This document shows, in pieces, positions 1 to 11,915 of a stretch of 64,000 bases of DNA. The notes beneath the pieces were generated by a model. It was given only the letters and a program-made list of their open reading frames with translations, was not told the origin of the DNA and made no database searches. Both the position numbers and the translations under genes were made by a program. Source of the DNA: Phoronis australis (Eukaryota; Animalia; Phoronida); the NCBI GenBank assembly GCA_002633005.1, contig NMRA01000052.1, positions 212,613 to 276,612 of the forward strand, given 5' to 3'. The number at the start of each line of letters is the position of its first letter. Within the stretch, counting starts at the first letter, position 1.

Positions 1-1218
1 GAATTATATTTAAGGTGATGTAGTCTCACAGCGAAAAAGTGATTTCGCAATATCGCTGAAAACACTGGAAATCTCTTCTTCACAAACTTGAGGTAGCTGT
101 ATTTACCACATCAATGTTCTTATCAAAACTAACCACCACAAAATGAAAAGTTGGCTTGTCGGTTCCAATAAGGCAGCATTTTACAATGAAATGGTCATGA
201 AAAAATACTTTTGCAACATGGTTTGCGTTACAATTGCCCTACGATTACAGTTGTACATACATACTAGAACAGTAACAAAATTACCCATGGGAACCATAAA
301 ATGGTCAATTCATCAAAAAAACAAGGAGCCACCAGAGCTAATGTGCCAATACTTTTCAGTACTGCAACAAAAAAATCATTTGAAGTGGACATGAACTCGC
401 CTAAAATCACATAAAACAACTTTTGATTTAGATATTTTACCATCACGAAATAGGTATTAATTCCAGGTCACTTTTGAGCAATTTCAGAGCTTTGACACAC
501 AGCATGGTCTCAATGAATAGCAAACTGTCAATTCGCTACAATTCCAGAAATCACTTCCCATCTGGATAAGGAACAAACTGAGCAAAGTTTATAGAGGTAA
601 ATGGTCTAAATCAAAACTTATTACCTCCTGGACAGACCCAGACAGAAAGATAAGTTAACAAAACCAGCCTAACTGCAACAGGGTCTCAAATTTCAGTAAT
701 ATATACCCATTTACAAACAAAAATCTATAAAGGTAAATAAAATGCTGAAACATAAATTCAGATCAATTACGCATCGTCAAGGAAAAGGAATAGTACAGTG
801 GTCAGAAATCATCTAAATGTGATGGTGACACTGAGAAATCCTGTCAGACCAAAAAATCCAGTGGCTAAACAAAATGAACAATGTACCATTACCATGTTGC
901 CCAGGATCATAATCCGTGCCTGGACAAAAATTCAGTCTTAGACTAGGTGAATTTTAGATTTGTGCTGTTCACACAAGCAGTTCTGGTGCAAACAAAGCTT
1001 GTGACAACACAAAGCCTACTTCCCTACACAGCTGTGCTGATACAATAATGCCCCCACTGGATTTAGCAGATCAGCCAGAGTATTTACAAGTCCAGCCACT
1101 GTACTGTTTCCTCCCTTTGAATTTTTACAATGCTACATCCTTGACAATCGCAGATTGCCTCTTTCTATGCATACTCCACTTCGTCTGTCCCAGTTTCCCC
1201 ACATTTGCTGAAAGTGGC

Positions 1219-1971
1219 CTATCTCAACAAATTACTTGGGACCTGTTGTGGTATAAGCCAGTAATCTTTGGCAAATACTTTTTCCCCAACTCGTTCCTCA
1301 AAGGTACAAATTCTCTTTGACATATCTTCTGGGAGTAGACTTTTCGGCCTCTCTCTAGCCCCTTCACTTAGTTGTCCAGAAGGGTACCTTCTTGCTGGTT
1401 GTGAACTTTTCCATACCCAACCTTTACTAATAATCGGCAAGTCTCCAACTTCAGCAGAAGCCACTTCTTCAGCATAAGCCTTTCCTGATTCTTAAAATTG
1501 TATTAATGAAAAATTAAACATATTAAATTTAATGTGGCCATTTCGGCTCACAAAATATGAATACTAAGCTAAAGTGAAGGCACCGATATTTTTGACGGCT
1601 TTAGCATGTTTAATTACTTCATAATCGCAGAAAATCATTGGTAGACAAAACATACTCCCTAGTCTCTAAAAGTAGTTCATGGGCAGAAGTCATGTTACAC
1701 ATTTGGTGGTTGTTTTGAAAAGTTATGATGACTACCTATTTTCTATGCCAATGTATACATGTAGTTGCATAAACATCAACACATTTGAATAAGATATGAT
1801 TAAGCAATAAGGCCCAAGTTATAAGCAATCACGGTGTGTCAATAAAAGTATTTTTGCATGAATGACGTGCTTCTAAAAATATTCCTCAGGGTCAGACCCT
1901 GGAGTTTAGAGATTCCTACCTGCGCTCACACGAAGCAGGACGTTGAACCTTGACTTAACGTCTTTGGTCAT
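1219..1971 (-). CDS. Putative small uncharacterised protein (~107 aa), exons 1971-1920 and 1490-1219
   Basis: ATG at 1971 gives MTKDVKSRFNVLLRVSA, then a phase-1 GTAGGA donor. The ttttaAG acceptor at 1491 continues in phase 1 into the ORF-track frame (ESGKAYAEEVASAEVGDLP...NLLR*). No recognisable domain; could be non-coding. Confidence 0.35.
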
Positions 1972-2312
1972 TTTTCAGACCTCTATCAGATTTCTCCTCT
2001 AGTGTGCAGTGGATGTTCTAAGTGTCTTTGGCGACGCCAATATATCTCGAGTGTTGTAACGATGATTCGGGCAAGTGAACCTAATACGGTAGATTTGTGG
2101 CAAGGTTTTAGAAGTCTTTGGTCCAGTATACCGCACTTGTTTTGTACATCCTGTGGAAAAGACTGTTGGAGCTGACACGACCTATTTTTTAAGCCCAAAA
2201 TCTACAGAAACTGTTGAGTGCTGCTTGATGTTGAGAAATGCATCAGGCAGAATATTGTTTCATGCCTTTGTGACCTGCGGTTACCGCAACCACGACGATG
2301 ACAGAACACATT

Positions 2313-2722
2313 TTCCTCTGACACAGCGCCACCTATACTGAAAAGTTGCCCTGTGGTAACATGATGAACAACACACAGATTTCCGTGTATGTGGGCATCA
2401 ATGCGCATGCTTGGTCGGAAGTTTACCGATAACATCGCAACCACTTGCACACGCCTTCTATGCACTATACTTTGATGGTATTGGCCACGGGATAGGGATT
2501 GCATTGATTCTGTTTACTTCGGTCACTGGTCGCCATACTAGTACAGTAAACTGAAAGGGGTTTCCCAGATTTCAACCAATGGGAATGACTGAATGTTATG
2601 ACGTCGGTTTCATTACTTTAACTAATGAGAAGCCATGATAAACAACATCCACAGTGCTGCCTTTCGCCAGAGTGCTACCTTTCGCCACAGTGCTACATTT
2701 CGTGGGACTGTGACAGAGTGTA
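2313..2722. mobile_element. MITE family A, copy 1 (Tc1/mariner-type by TA ends)
   Basis: Alignable by eye to 35390-35940 and 47864-48272. Imperfect ~21-bp TIRs (family ends TACCCTCTGACACAGCGCCAC ... GTAGCACTGTGACAGAGTGTA). Confidence 0.8.
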
Positions 2723-2949
2723 AGACCAGATTTCCCTGTAGGTATAGCGTTGTGACAGAGGTTAACAAGTAGGTGGAAAATATCGCACGTAAATTATGGA
2801 CGTAGATATACCAAAGAGTTTGCTACACTCCATATAAGCACTTTCATGCCCGTGTCTTACGAGCGTTAATTATGACTGTACTTCAAGAGCGCAAAAATGA
2901 TTAAGTCCATTCCGGAATACGGAACAGAATTATTGGTCTTTTATCAAGC

Positions 2950-3760
2950 ACAACATTTCGAGGCTGTTCAGGGCAGATTTTGTAGATTTGTTCTAAATTG
3001 GGATCAAAATGCATGAAATGTTATAGCAGTTGGTGAACTTGGAAGGAGTTCTATGTTCTCAAAAGGATTAGTAAAAATTTTGAAGTACTGGTATAAATTG
3101 TTAAAAGCAGATGGTATTGCATATTCCAAAAAATGTTACTTAATGCGACTTGAAATGGCTGAAAATAATCGTATTTTGACCTCAAACATCTGTTATTTAA
3201 TTTTGCTTTTTCTCTTTTTTGGAAAATCTAGGAATTGGAAATGAGCAACTCTTTTCACTTGTCTGTGACATTGATATAGACAGTGTTGGCAAGACAGGCT
3301 CTTACTAGTTGAACAGCTCGATTCTTTCTGATTATTTAAGGCTAGTTTGGTTTGTGAATAATATATTTCAATATTGGATAAACAGGTCCGCATAACAACT
3401 TTAGCGAAATTTAGATGTTTGAGTCACAAATTAAAGATTGAACTAGATAGACATGTTAATTTACCCAATAACTCTTGTTTTTTTCAAATGAATGACTTAA
3501 ATGAAGTAGAAGACGAGAAACATTTCTTTTTGAAATTCCCATTTTCCTCGGATTTTAGAATTTTGTACAGTATTTCTGCCGAAAATCATCTTTCTGATTC
3601 CATAATATTCGTTAAGCTCGTGACTACAAGTGAGATGTAAACAGTTTTAGAAACACCCTGTATATTTCTGTTCTATGCTCAGAAAAAGGCTTATCATGTA
3701 GTGCCTAATTTCCATTGTATTTGTATATGGGCCGGTTGCCTTTGTGTCATTAAGTAAATA
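2950..3760 (+). mobile_element. Decayed 3' end of a CR1/L2-type non-LTR retrotransposon
   Basis: Broken frames KYWYKLL and LAKFRCLSHKLKIELDRH...EVEDEKHFFL, typical of the ORF2 C-terminus of these LINEs. Same motifs at 10.6, 26 and 31 kb. Confidence 0.7.
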
Positions 3761-4199
3761 GTCTCTTTTCGTCTACAAAACAAACAACCAACGAAAGTGA
3801 AACCATTAACACGAGATTAAACGTATTCACATGGCTATCAATCAGCAAACTGTCGTCAAATGTGACCAAGATTTTAATCTTAAAACTGCTATTCCCCATT
3901 GCTCAGAAAAAATAATCCCAACAATCAATACTTAAGCTTACTTTAAACTGTCAAAACTAACTTTCATTAAAGCGATAACTTTTTGAGAAGAACATTTGAA
4001 GACAACTCTTTATCCTGGTCTGAAAGTATTGATCTGGTGGGAGCAAACAGTGCATAAACCTGTGGCGTACTCATCAAATTCAAGAAATATCTGCCTCATT
4101 GACACTACTCCTTGATGCGCACTCAGATGATTGTTGGGATTTAAACGATCATCAGGTCACAACTTCTCAGATACGAGATTTAAGAACGATCACCAATTT

Positions 4200-4960
4200 A
4201 CATTACATAATATGACTTCATTACGCAAACTTTTGAAAATACCACTGCTTGAAACCGCTCGTACTCTATTTTGCCTGAAAATATATTACAAGTTTTTACA
4301 CAGCCAACTTCCACATTCCTTTCAAAACAATTTCTTTGGTTATCATAATCGAAACAACAGACCAATCACATGTAGAAATTCTCGTTCACCAGATCGCTTA
4401 GTTTATTGCTACATTTTGCACCTACAGTTCTATATTCAAGACTCCGTTTCACAAAATATTGATGACAACATCACTGTTTATGTTTTAGCCATCCTAGGAT
4501 CACCAATGAAAACAAAATAAAATACCTTTTTCAATTCTAGACAAAATAAACACCCACACACCTCCTGAACTTTCAAGATATCACAAGAAAGAAAATTATA
4601 CAAAGACTCAATGATCTGCTTCTTCTGCAACTCTGTCCACCGTGAATACACACATTACTCATTTATATGCACGTGCACACGCACGCACTCACGCACGCAC
4701 ATGCAGGCACAAACACGTGTACAAATGTATTTATCACGCATTAACAACTTTTTTCTTCATGTTGTATAGTGTGGAGAGTTGACATGTAGCGTTACTTTGA
4801 TTTTACTAATGTGTCAGGTTTATTTATTCACTTATTTATTCATTGGGGCTTATGATATCACATGTCATCCCATCAACGTGCGTCCAATGCATGACTAGTA
4901 TATAATAATTAACTATTTAAAATTTCTGTTGCTTACTGTATTGTACACTAAGAAGGTCCT
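4200..4960 (+). mobile_element. Possible LINE 3' remnant with internal (GCAC)n tract
   Basis: LLKI...LKIYYKFLHSQLPHSFQN resembles an L2/CR1 ORF2 C-terminus. (GCAC)n-like tract at ~4667-4712. Confidence 0.4.
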
Positions 4961-5426
4961 CAATGAAGCCAATTTTCCTTTCAATCGTTTTACGCTGGTC
5001 GTTTTGCGCTTTTCGGTCCTTGAGCGCGGTAGACAAGCGTAATTTTACGGGCGTACTACTTTTTTAAGAACTCACATGACTTACTGACAAATTTCTCATT
5101 GGATTACGCTCGTAAGACACGGATGTGAACATTGTCTTTACTCCCGTAATTGTCGAGCGTAAATTATACGGGCGACACTTTCTCGTCAGAAGCCGACGAT
5201 AGTAGCATCTAAACAATTCAACCCAACTTAAGACGGCAACATTAGATTTTGAAGTGGGTTATTGTTGTTGAGTTTTGTAAATATGCTTAAAGTTTGTTGA
5301 CTTCTAATAACTTGAATGTGCTGCAAACTAATGAAATAGAGGTTACCTGGGATTTTGGCATGTCTTAGTTTTTTCTTCGTTGGACAATATTCCCTTGCGT
5401 AGGTCTTTCTCTACCGGTACATCCAA

Positions 5427-6330
5427 TAGTACGCCCATGTGCGTATTTTCGGAAATTTTTCCAAAAGTACGCCCATACGCTTACTTTGGAAAATTGCAAT
5501 TTCACTCAAATGACTCATTTAACGAGATATTGGGTGACTTTTTTGGTAACTAACTGTATTGGCACAGTATGAAAAACAGTTTTAACCACAGTTTTTGAAA
5601 GGTTCCACCCATGGGCCTATTTTCGAAAATTCCTTGGTAAGTCCAGTTACGCTATTTCTAACATGCGTAGAGGCAAATCTTCTGTACTCATGTACTGGTG
5701 GCTTGTACACAATGATTTGCATCGTAATCCAGACTTACGGCATTTACAACGTCCACTGTTGCATTGTTTCGGACATGCGCAGGCTATCATCAGACATCTG
5801 TCATCAGTATGGGGGCAATTCAATCATTGCAACGCCTCTAGAGGGCGCTGGAAGAGGCGGTAAGGCACAATGAGTGTTTCTCCATGTCGTCACTTCATAG
5901 TGTACTCTCATCAAATGGAAACTGGGTGCATCATGTGATGGGGGAAGGGCATCTGGTTTTACGATCTTGTAGAATAGCAAACGCTGTGTTGCATCTACAA
6001 GTCTTATCAACTCATGTTGCGTACTCAGCGACAAACAAACATTTATGAAGATGTTACGGTTTCCCCTGCGAGTTCCACAATGCCCATGTTCTTCTACAAT
6101 CCGTGGTCCTCTTGGAACAGCTTCCATGATGTTCGTCTGGTGTGATTTGCAACACGAGATGTAGTGTCACGCCTAGGAAAGGTGTTACATGTTAACAAGG
6201 ACGTTGGCAAGTCTCTTGATAGTTTGTTGAAAAGCGCTTCAGCACTGAGGTCTAAGATGTACCAGACATCATCCAGAGATGCTCACATTGCATTTGTTGA
6301 AAGTGCGACACCAGAAGCAGTAGAACACCT
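5427..6330 (-). mobile_element. Academ-like (XPG-type plus Cys-rich) DNA transposon relic, 3' end
   Basis: Frameshifted minus-strand peptides: DTTSRVANHTRRTSWKLF (cf. GCDTTS..GK..W), ALPPSHDA..FHLMRVHYEVTTWR (cf. LPPT..AL..H..R..YQ..W), and CACPKQCNSGRCKCRKSGLRCKSLC. Putative terminus TAGTACGCCCAT at 5427, partly repeated at ~5466. Family assignment is from recall of Academ architecture. Confidence 0.65.
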
Positions 6331-8219
6331 GAAAGACGCGACTGGTGTCATTTGAAATTAGACTAGGGAGTAATTTGAGACCAATTTCACAACGCTAAAT
6401 GGCCTGATTCAAATGTTATGAACCACTGAGTTAATTACACAGCATGATTTTGTACAAGGCATCACTTGGGTCCTTTGCTGTGTTTTAAGTACTGTATTTT
6501 AAAGTACTTGCTTATTCAGTGCTTGGTAAGAACAGCGAATTCGTTAACGCTTGAGACCAGGTTCGGCGCAAGAAATAACCAGATAGTTGAGTCTGGTCTA
6601 AAGTAATAATCAACTGTCCATTTTCTTTCCGCAAGTCCAACTCTTACTTGAGTAACGCACGAGTTTAGACCAACTTCGTTATTGTAACTGGTCTTAATCT
6701 TAATTTTTTGACGGAATTCATGTTTATTTTATCAACTTGAATATGCAAATGTCATAGATTACAGAAATATTCTCTGCAACGATCATTGTAAAACAGCTTT
6801 TTCTTAGCTTTCAGTTCAAGGGTTGTATTTATAGCCAATAGATGTCGCTTACAGTTCTGGCGTGCCGTATTGAGACAATTTCAAACCCATAACTTCATAA
6901 AACTGCTGTGAGATGGTAATGTAGTAACATCATTTTTAAAACGTAGTTGAGGCACCGGCTATAATTGTTATTATTTTTATGAGTAGTAGTAGTAATAATA
7001 GCGGTAACGGTGGCGGTGGCGGTAGCGGTAGTGGTACATTTGGATCGTCAATTACTTTCTGTAACATTATTCGAAAAAGTGCTCTTAAACCTATCTTTTT
7101 CATTTTTCGTGAGTATGCATTGTCAAGTTATATGCAAAACAGTGGTTAAAACATGATCTATAAGGAATGTTTGACTGCCTTCATTTCCGTTTTTAGTAAC
7201 GTTATTCCTCGGGTGGTGGAAATTTCTCTAACGTTAACGGTCGATAACTAAATCAACAAATGATTTTACAAACGTTAACAGTGGATAAATAATTAAAGTA
7301 AATGGTGAAACTTGGCACGCGATTGTTTTTATATTCTTTGATGACTACAATTAAAATAAAAAATTGAAAATCTGTGAACCTCTTTGATTCAAAAAAATAA
7401 GCAAAACCCCCGGAACAGGATACCTTACTGACAGACCCCTAGGTACTGTCTCTTGCTCCGTAGCCACTTTTTCATTGTCATTTGAAACTTATATTGTGTT
7501 TTATATAGTATAAAAAGTTTGTTCTGTACATTGTTAAGGGCATTACTGATGGGCAATAACTTTAAAATAAATTATGATAAAAGGTCACCTTCACAGGAGC
7601 TAGAAAGAACACAGGATCTGTTGATACAGGACTTTGTGCGGGGAATATTGTCGCGTGTTTTTTGAAACTGGGTAGCAACGCCAGGAGTTCAAAACGGCTG
7701 TAGGGAACTGTGGGAGGATATTTGACGAATAATTAACCAACTTGAAAGAACATAACAAGTGCGTCAACTTGCTATTCCACCATGACGATGCCCTAGTCCT
7801 GTTGCGAGTTCGACACCACTGAGAATTGCCTGTCTAGACCATCTTGCGGGTCCGTCATCAGCCCGAGATTTTTTTCTTTCGCTTTTATTAAGATGCTTGT
7901 ATCTGTTTCGAGTTAACGATGACGTAAGACGATTCGGATATTCTGAATGCGTTATAATCTGGTGAAAAAACAAATGAACAATGAAGCGGTTAATTAAAGT
8001 AAGTAACGTTTTTCTCAAAAGATTAACGTGTTTCGGGATACCGCGCTTACCTGTCACCCATCGGTTAACAGCAGATGGCGCAACAATTAGCATACAGAGT
8101 GCCTTGAGAACACATTGTGACACAATATTGGGTAGTTAACAAATAGCTATATGTAGATGAGGATTTGGCATTTGTGTAAGCCTGTTAACCTTGTTCTTGA
8201 AATGTGTAATTTACCGGTA

Positions 8220-8700
8220 TTAAAGGAGAATGCCACCCGATTTAATTAGTTTTTTTTTACCGTCTTAATCGGTCTATATCCACGTCGCCTCTTATACGGT
8301 CGACCTCACCTTGCCGAGAGGTGTCGCGTTAACCTGTGAGGAAGGTGAGAAACTACACAGCGACGTCAGTAATTCGTCTCCAGAGTGAATGCCGCTATAT
8401 TGCGGTGCATCGTTCCCGCTTGTCTGAACTATGAAGCTGCGAAGAAAGCGGGTATCTCCTTTTTTCGACTTCCTCGAGAGCCCGAAATGCTTAGGAAGTG
8501 GCTCGCGGTAGTGAAGAATGAAAGGTAGGCTGTTAATAGCAAGTATGAGGCAGTGAAACATCTCCGTGTCTGTGGCCGGCAGATTTCGTCGACACTGATT
8601 TCTCTGACGACTAATTCCGGCTTACTAAAGAACTATCCATAGGTTCCGTTGCCTGTGCATGTTCACGGCGCCTCTCTAGTATTCCTTGATCACTTGCATT
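8220..8700 (+). mobile_element. THAP-domain transposon relic with TTAA-AGG end (Kolobok-like)
   Basis: TTAAAGGAG at 8220. From ~8389: RCIVPACLNY..GISFFRLPREPEMLRKWLAVVKNER*...LRVCGR(H)FVDTDF, a C2CH THAP pattern with a stop and frameshifts. Confidence 0.7.
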
Positions 8701-10489
8701 CCGGTTCGAACTGATAGCCTGTGAAACCTAACCATCCGACCCGTGAAGTCTTCGTCACCTGAACTCTTGACTAAGTCGGGATTGGCGCGGGGCGAGTTGC
8801 CATGTAGACGTTTATTATTCTGCGTTCTGTTTCAAAATGAATTATTTTCATCCTAACCAATGCTTATATGAATCTGAAGCAATTTGTAATGCCTTGGAGT
8901 GCTCGTTAGTGCAAATATTTTGAGAAGCCAGCATTGAATAAACCACTGCGTTACCGGCTTTTGATGCCGGCAACAAAGGTAATTGACCGGATACCGAGGA
9001 GGTGTGAGCGCATGCTACATTCAGTGCTTGCTGACAGAAAGCTGTTGTGAAACAATTACTCGATTTCATTTGCTATGGTCGCATGTTAGGGGTATCTTTA
9101 TTTAGAAATACAAATACATTATTCAAATCATTGTTACTGTACAACCTTTGCCCTGACGGTCTGTGGAAGGGGAACTCGATATCGAGGCCCCCGACAAGTA
9201 AGTAGATTTTCAGTTTCGTGGCTAATTCACATAAATAATTACGTGCACATTATTTCTTTGGCTCACTATTACAGTCTTTTCGTGACTGGAGGTTTAGTTT
9301 CCAACTCAAGCTGGTTTATGTTCGTGCCAGTCCCGGCGGCCGCGACGAGCATGATCGGGTTCCGAGTCACTGGCCGTGATAACAAGCGTTTTGTGTGTTT
9401 AGAACTCAAAAAATCACAAGTATAGCATCACAGATCTAGGTTCTCCTGTCAGTATTTTACGGAAGAATACTTCGAATTTATCTCCGAACAGACCCCTAAC
9501 TCCTCAGAGCTACGGACCTTGGTAATTTGGCATGCCGAACTTTGTAGCCTACGGTGTGTCCAAATATCAGTAAATCCGTAACAACGAAATAAAGCAACAC
9601 GTTTTTATAAGAACTCGGTGTATTTTTAAGGGTTTTACATCGAAGTTTGATGATTTATTGGTGTTAAACGATGAATTCAAGCGATAAGCTGACACCAGTA
9701 ACCCGTGTTGTGAACTGCTGAGGAGACTGCGTGTGAAACCAATTACGTCATTGGATAATTTCAACACCTCCGTCTGCCGTCAGGTGTCAGGTAACGCAAC
9801 CGAAACTGCCGCGGTCGAGTAGAACTACTCGATCCAAATTGATACAAAATAGGTTGTTTTTGGGTGGCATTCTCCTTTGAAATGTTTGATTGATATTTAC
9901 TTCTGACTTGAGTATTATGGGATATGTCTATGTTGAGCGATCTGTTGCTTGCAATTTTCGTTGCGTTGCATCTGTATTTGTAAATTACCATTATAGTGTC
10001 TTGGTGGTCACAAGCTTTTTCATTGGTGACATCCGTGGCTGATAAGTATCCTGAAGTCTTATCCGACCAATCACGATCGGAGGTTCTGTGCTCAGACCGT
10101 GATTGGTTGATTTCATCCTAAGAGAAATTGAAACGGAAAACGAAAACAACACTTAAAATCAGCCTACTGTAAGATAAACTGCTCTGTGTGTTTTAACCAC
10201 AGCAAAAATGAGCCAATTTGACTGGAAGTGAGGACTTGGTCAAGCTGCAGGCTTTGTCTTTGTTAAAGATACGATTATTCAGGATAAAAATTTCCTCCTT
10301 TACAGTTCAACATATTATGTAACTTCTGTAATTACCGATATCTGTAGGAGTTTAGTTTGTCATAATATATATGGCCTTTTATCTCATCTACACGTGTTGT
10401 TTCACTGTAAACTAACATCGGTATCGCTTCGCAGTTAGCGCATATAAAACCTATTAGTAAGCAGCAGCAACTTGTCTCCCATAGGGTCC

Positions 10490-10990
10490 TGTTAGTAAGT
10501 ACGTAAGTAAGTAAGTAATTTTTTATCACAATGACATGTATTCGTACACATGGAATGAAACAACAAATACGCCACTTTAGATACGAAAGAACATAAAACA
10601 AGTGTACAAGCAATGCATCTCAAGCGAGATCACCAAAAAAGACACACAGTGATAGAATGATTATATATAAATGAAATTTTTCCTCAAGGACGTTTTGGAT
10701 GATGTATGCAGTTTTCCTGATAAAATCTTTTTTGCATATTGGTAAGTATTTTGCTTTCACAGCTTTCTGTAGGAAATCGTGGATATTTAGTCTCAACTTG
10801 AGAATAAAAGGTGTTTCTGGCATCCAAGAAAACGGACACTCATACAGAAAATGTACTTCGGTTTCGACCTGACCAGTGTGACTAAGACAGCAAATTCTAT
10901 AGTCAAATTCCAGAGAACGAAAACGCCTAACCTTAACCAAAAACTGTAGGGTTCCGGTTCTTATTTTAGCAAGAACTGATAAGGCAGAAT
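10490..10990 (-). mobile_element. CR1/L2-type LINE 3' fragment
   Basis: RICCL..GQVETEVHFLYECP motif and a (TTAC)n-like tail at ~10495-10518. Confidence 0.6.
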
Positions 10991-11159
10991 ATGTTAAACT
11001 TCAAGTTAACGACACGGTATACGAAGAATCAATATGCACAATAAATAACGTTAAAGAGAAATTCTCGCCATTGTCTGTCAGTCATTCGATAAAATCAAGA
11101 TCGGTGACTATACCTGTTAAATATCATTAAAATTCTTCACCGTTTATCGAATGTGGTTA

Positions 11160-11213
11160 AGCTCCGCCAGCAGAGCGTCTCATTGCGACCTGTGGGGGTT
11201 CAGGTTCGAATAC
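11160..11213 (+). repeat. tRNA-derived SINE-head-like fragment
   Basis: A-box-like AGCTCCGCCAGCAGAGC and B-box GGTTCGAATAC with tRNA-like spacing; no intact cloverleaf. Confidence 0.35.
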
Positions 11214-11746
11214 GCTTAAAAAAAGTTCACAATTTAGCCAGTGGGATATAGCTCCCCAACTAGTAAAGTATTACATCAATTTTGCTGAGACCTGATGAAC
11301 GGATTAAAATGGGTAAAATCATGAACTTTAACAAATAAAGTTACCGATTCATAATTCATACGTTCAAGAAGTATGCATTACGAGGATTGGGCGACTTATT
11401 ATGGCGCGTTTTCAACTTCATTATTTCTTTTGTTAAAAAGGACTTATCTAAAACAGCTGCAAAAATAAACTACTTACTTCAGTCCATTATATGGACTTGA
11501 ACCATCATGTGGTCTTTCAACGCTATGAGTACTAATTTCGAATTCGATTAAAATATAATTTCAGCGATAATCGGCCAAGTTGGATTGAGCATAGACTCCT
11601 TATTGAAGATTTAAGTCACCGGGAATCTTATCGTTACTAGTCTTATAACTCCGTTATATTCACAAGTAGGTTTAGGAGTTCTTTTGCTCTATCTTCAGTC
11701 TTTCTATGGCTACACTAGTCCCGTTTCATTTGCAATATTGTCTTTT

Positions 11747-11900
11747 CATGGGTGGCGCACCACAGGGAGCTGGGGAGCTGGGGGGCTATAGTCCCTCCCC
11801 TTATTTCAGTGCTGTGCCGCCCATGGTTTATGGGCGGTGCACCACTGGGGGCTGGGGGGCTATAGCCTACCCACTTTTTTCAGTGATCCCCCCATTTTTT
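11747..11900. repeat. GC-rich dispersed repeat in TNF 3' region (second copy ~44800-44910)
   Basis: Shared ttcagt.ctg.gccgcccatg..tatgggc.gtgcaccac.ggggg.ctggggggctatagc. Confidence 0.65.
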
Positions 11901-11915
11901 GAAGCTTTCTTGAGT

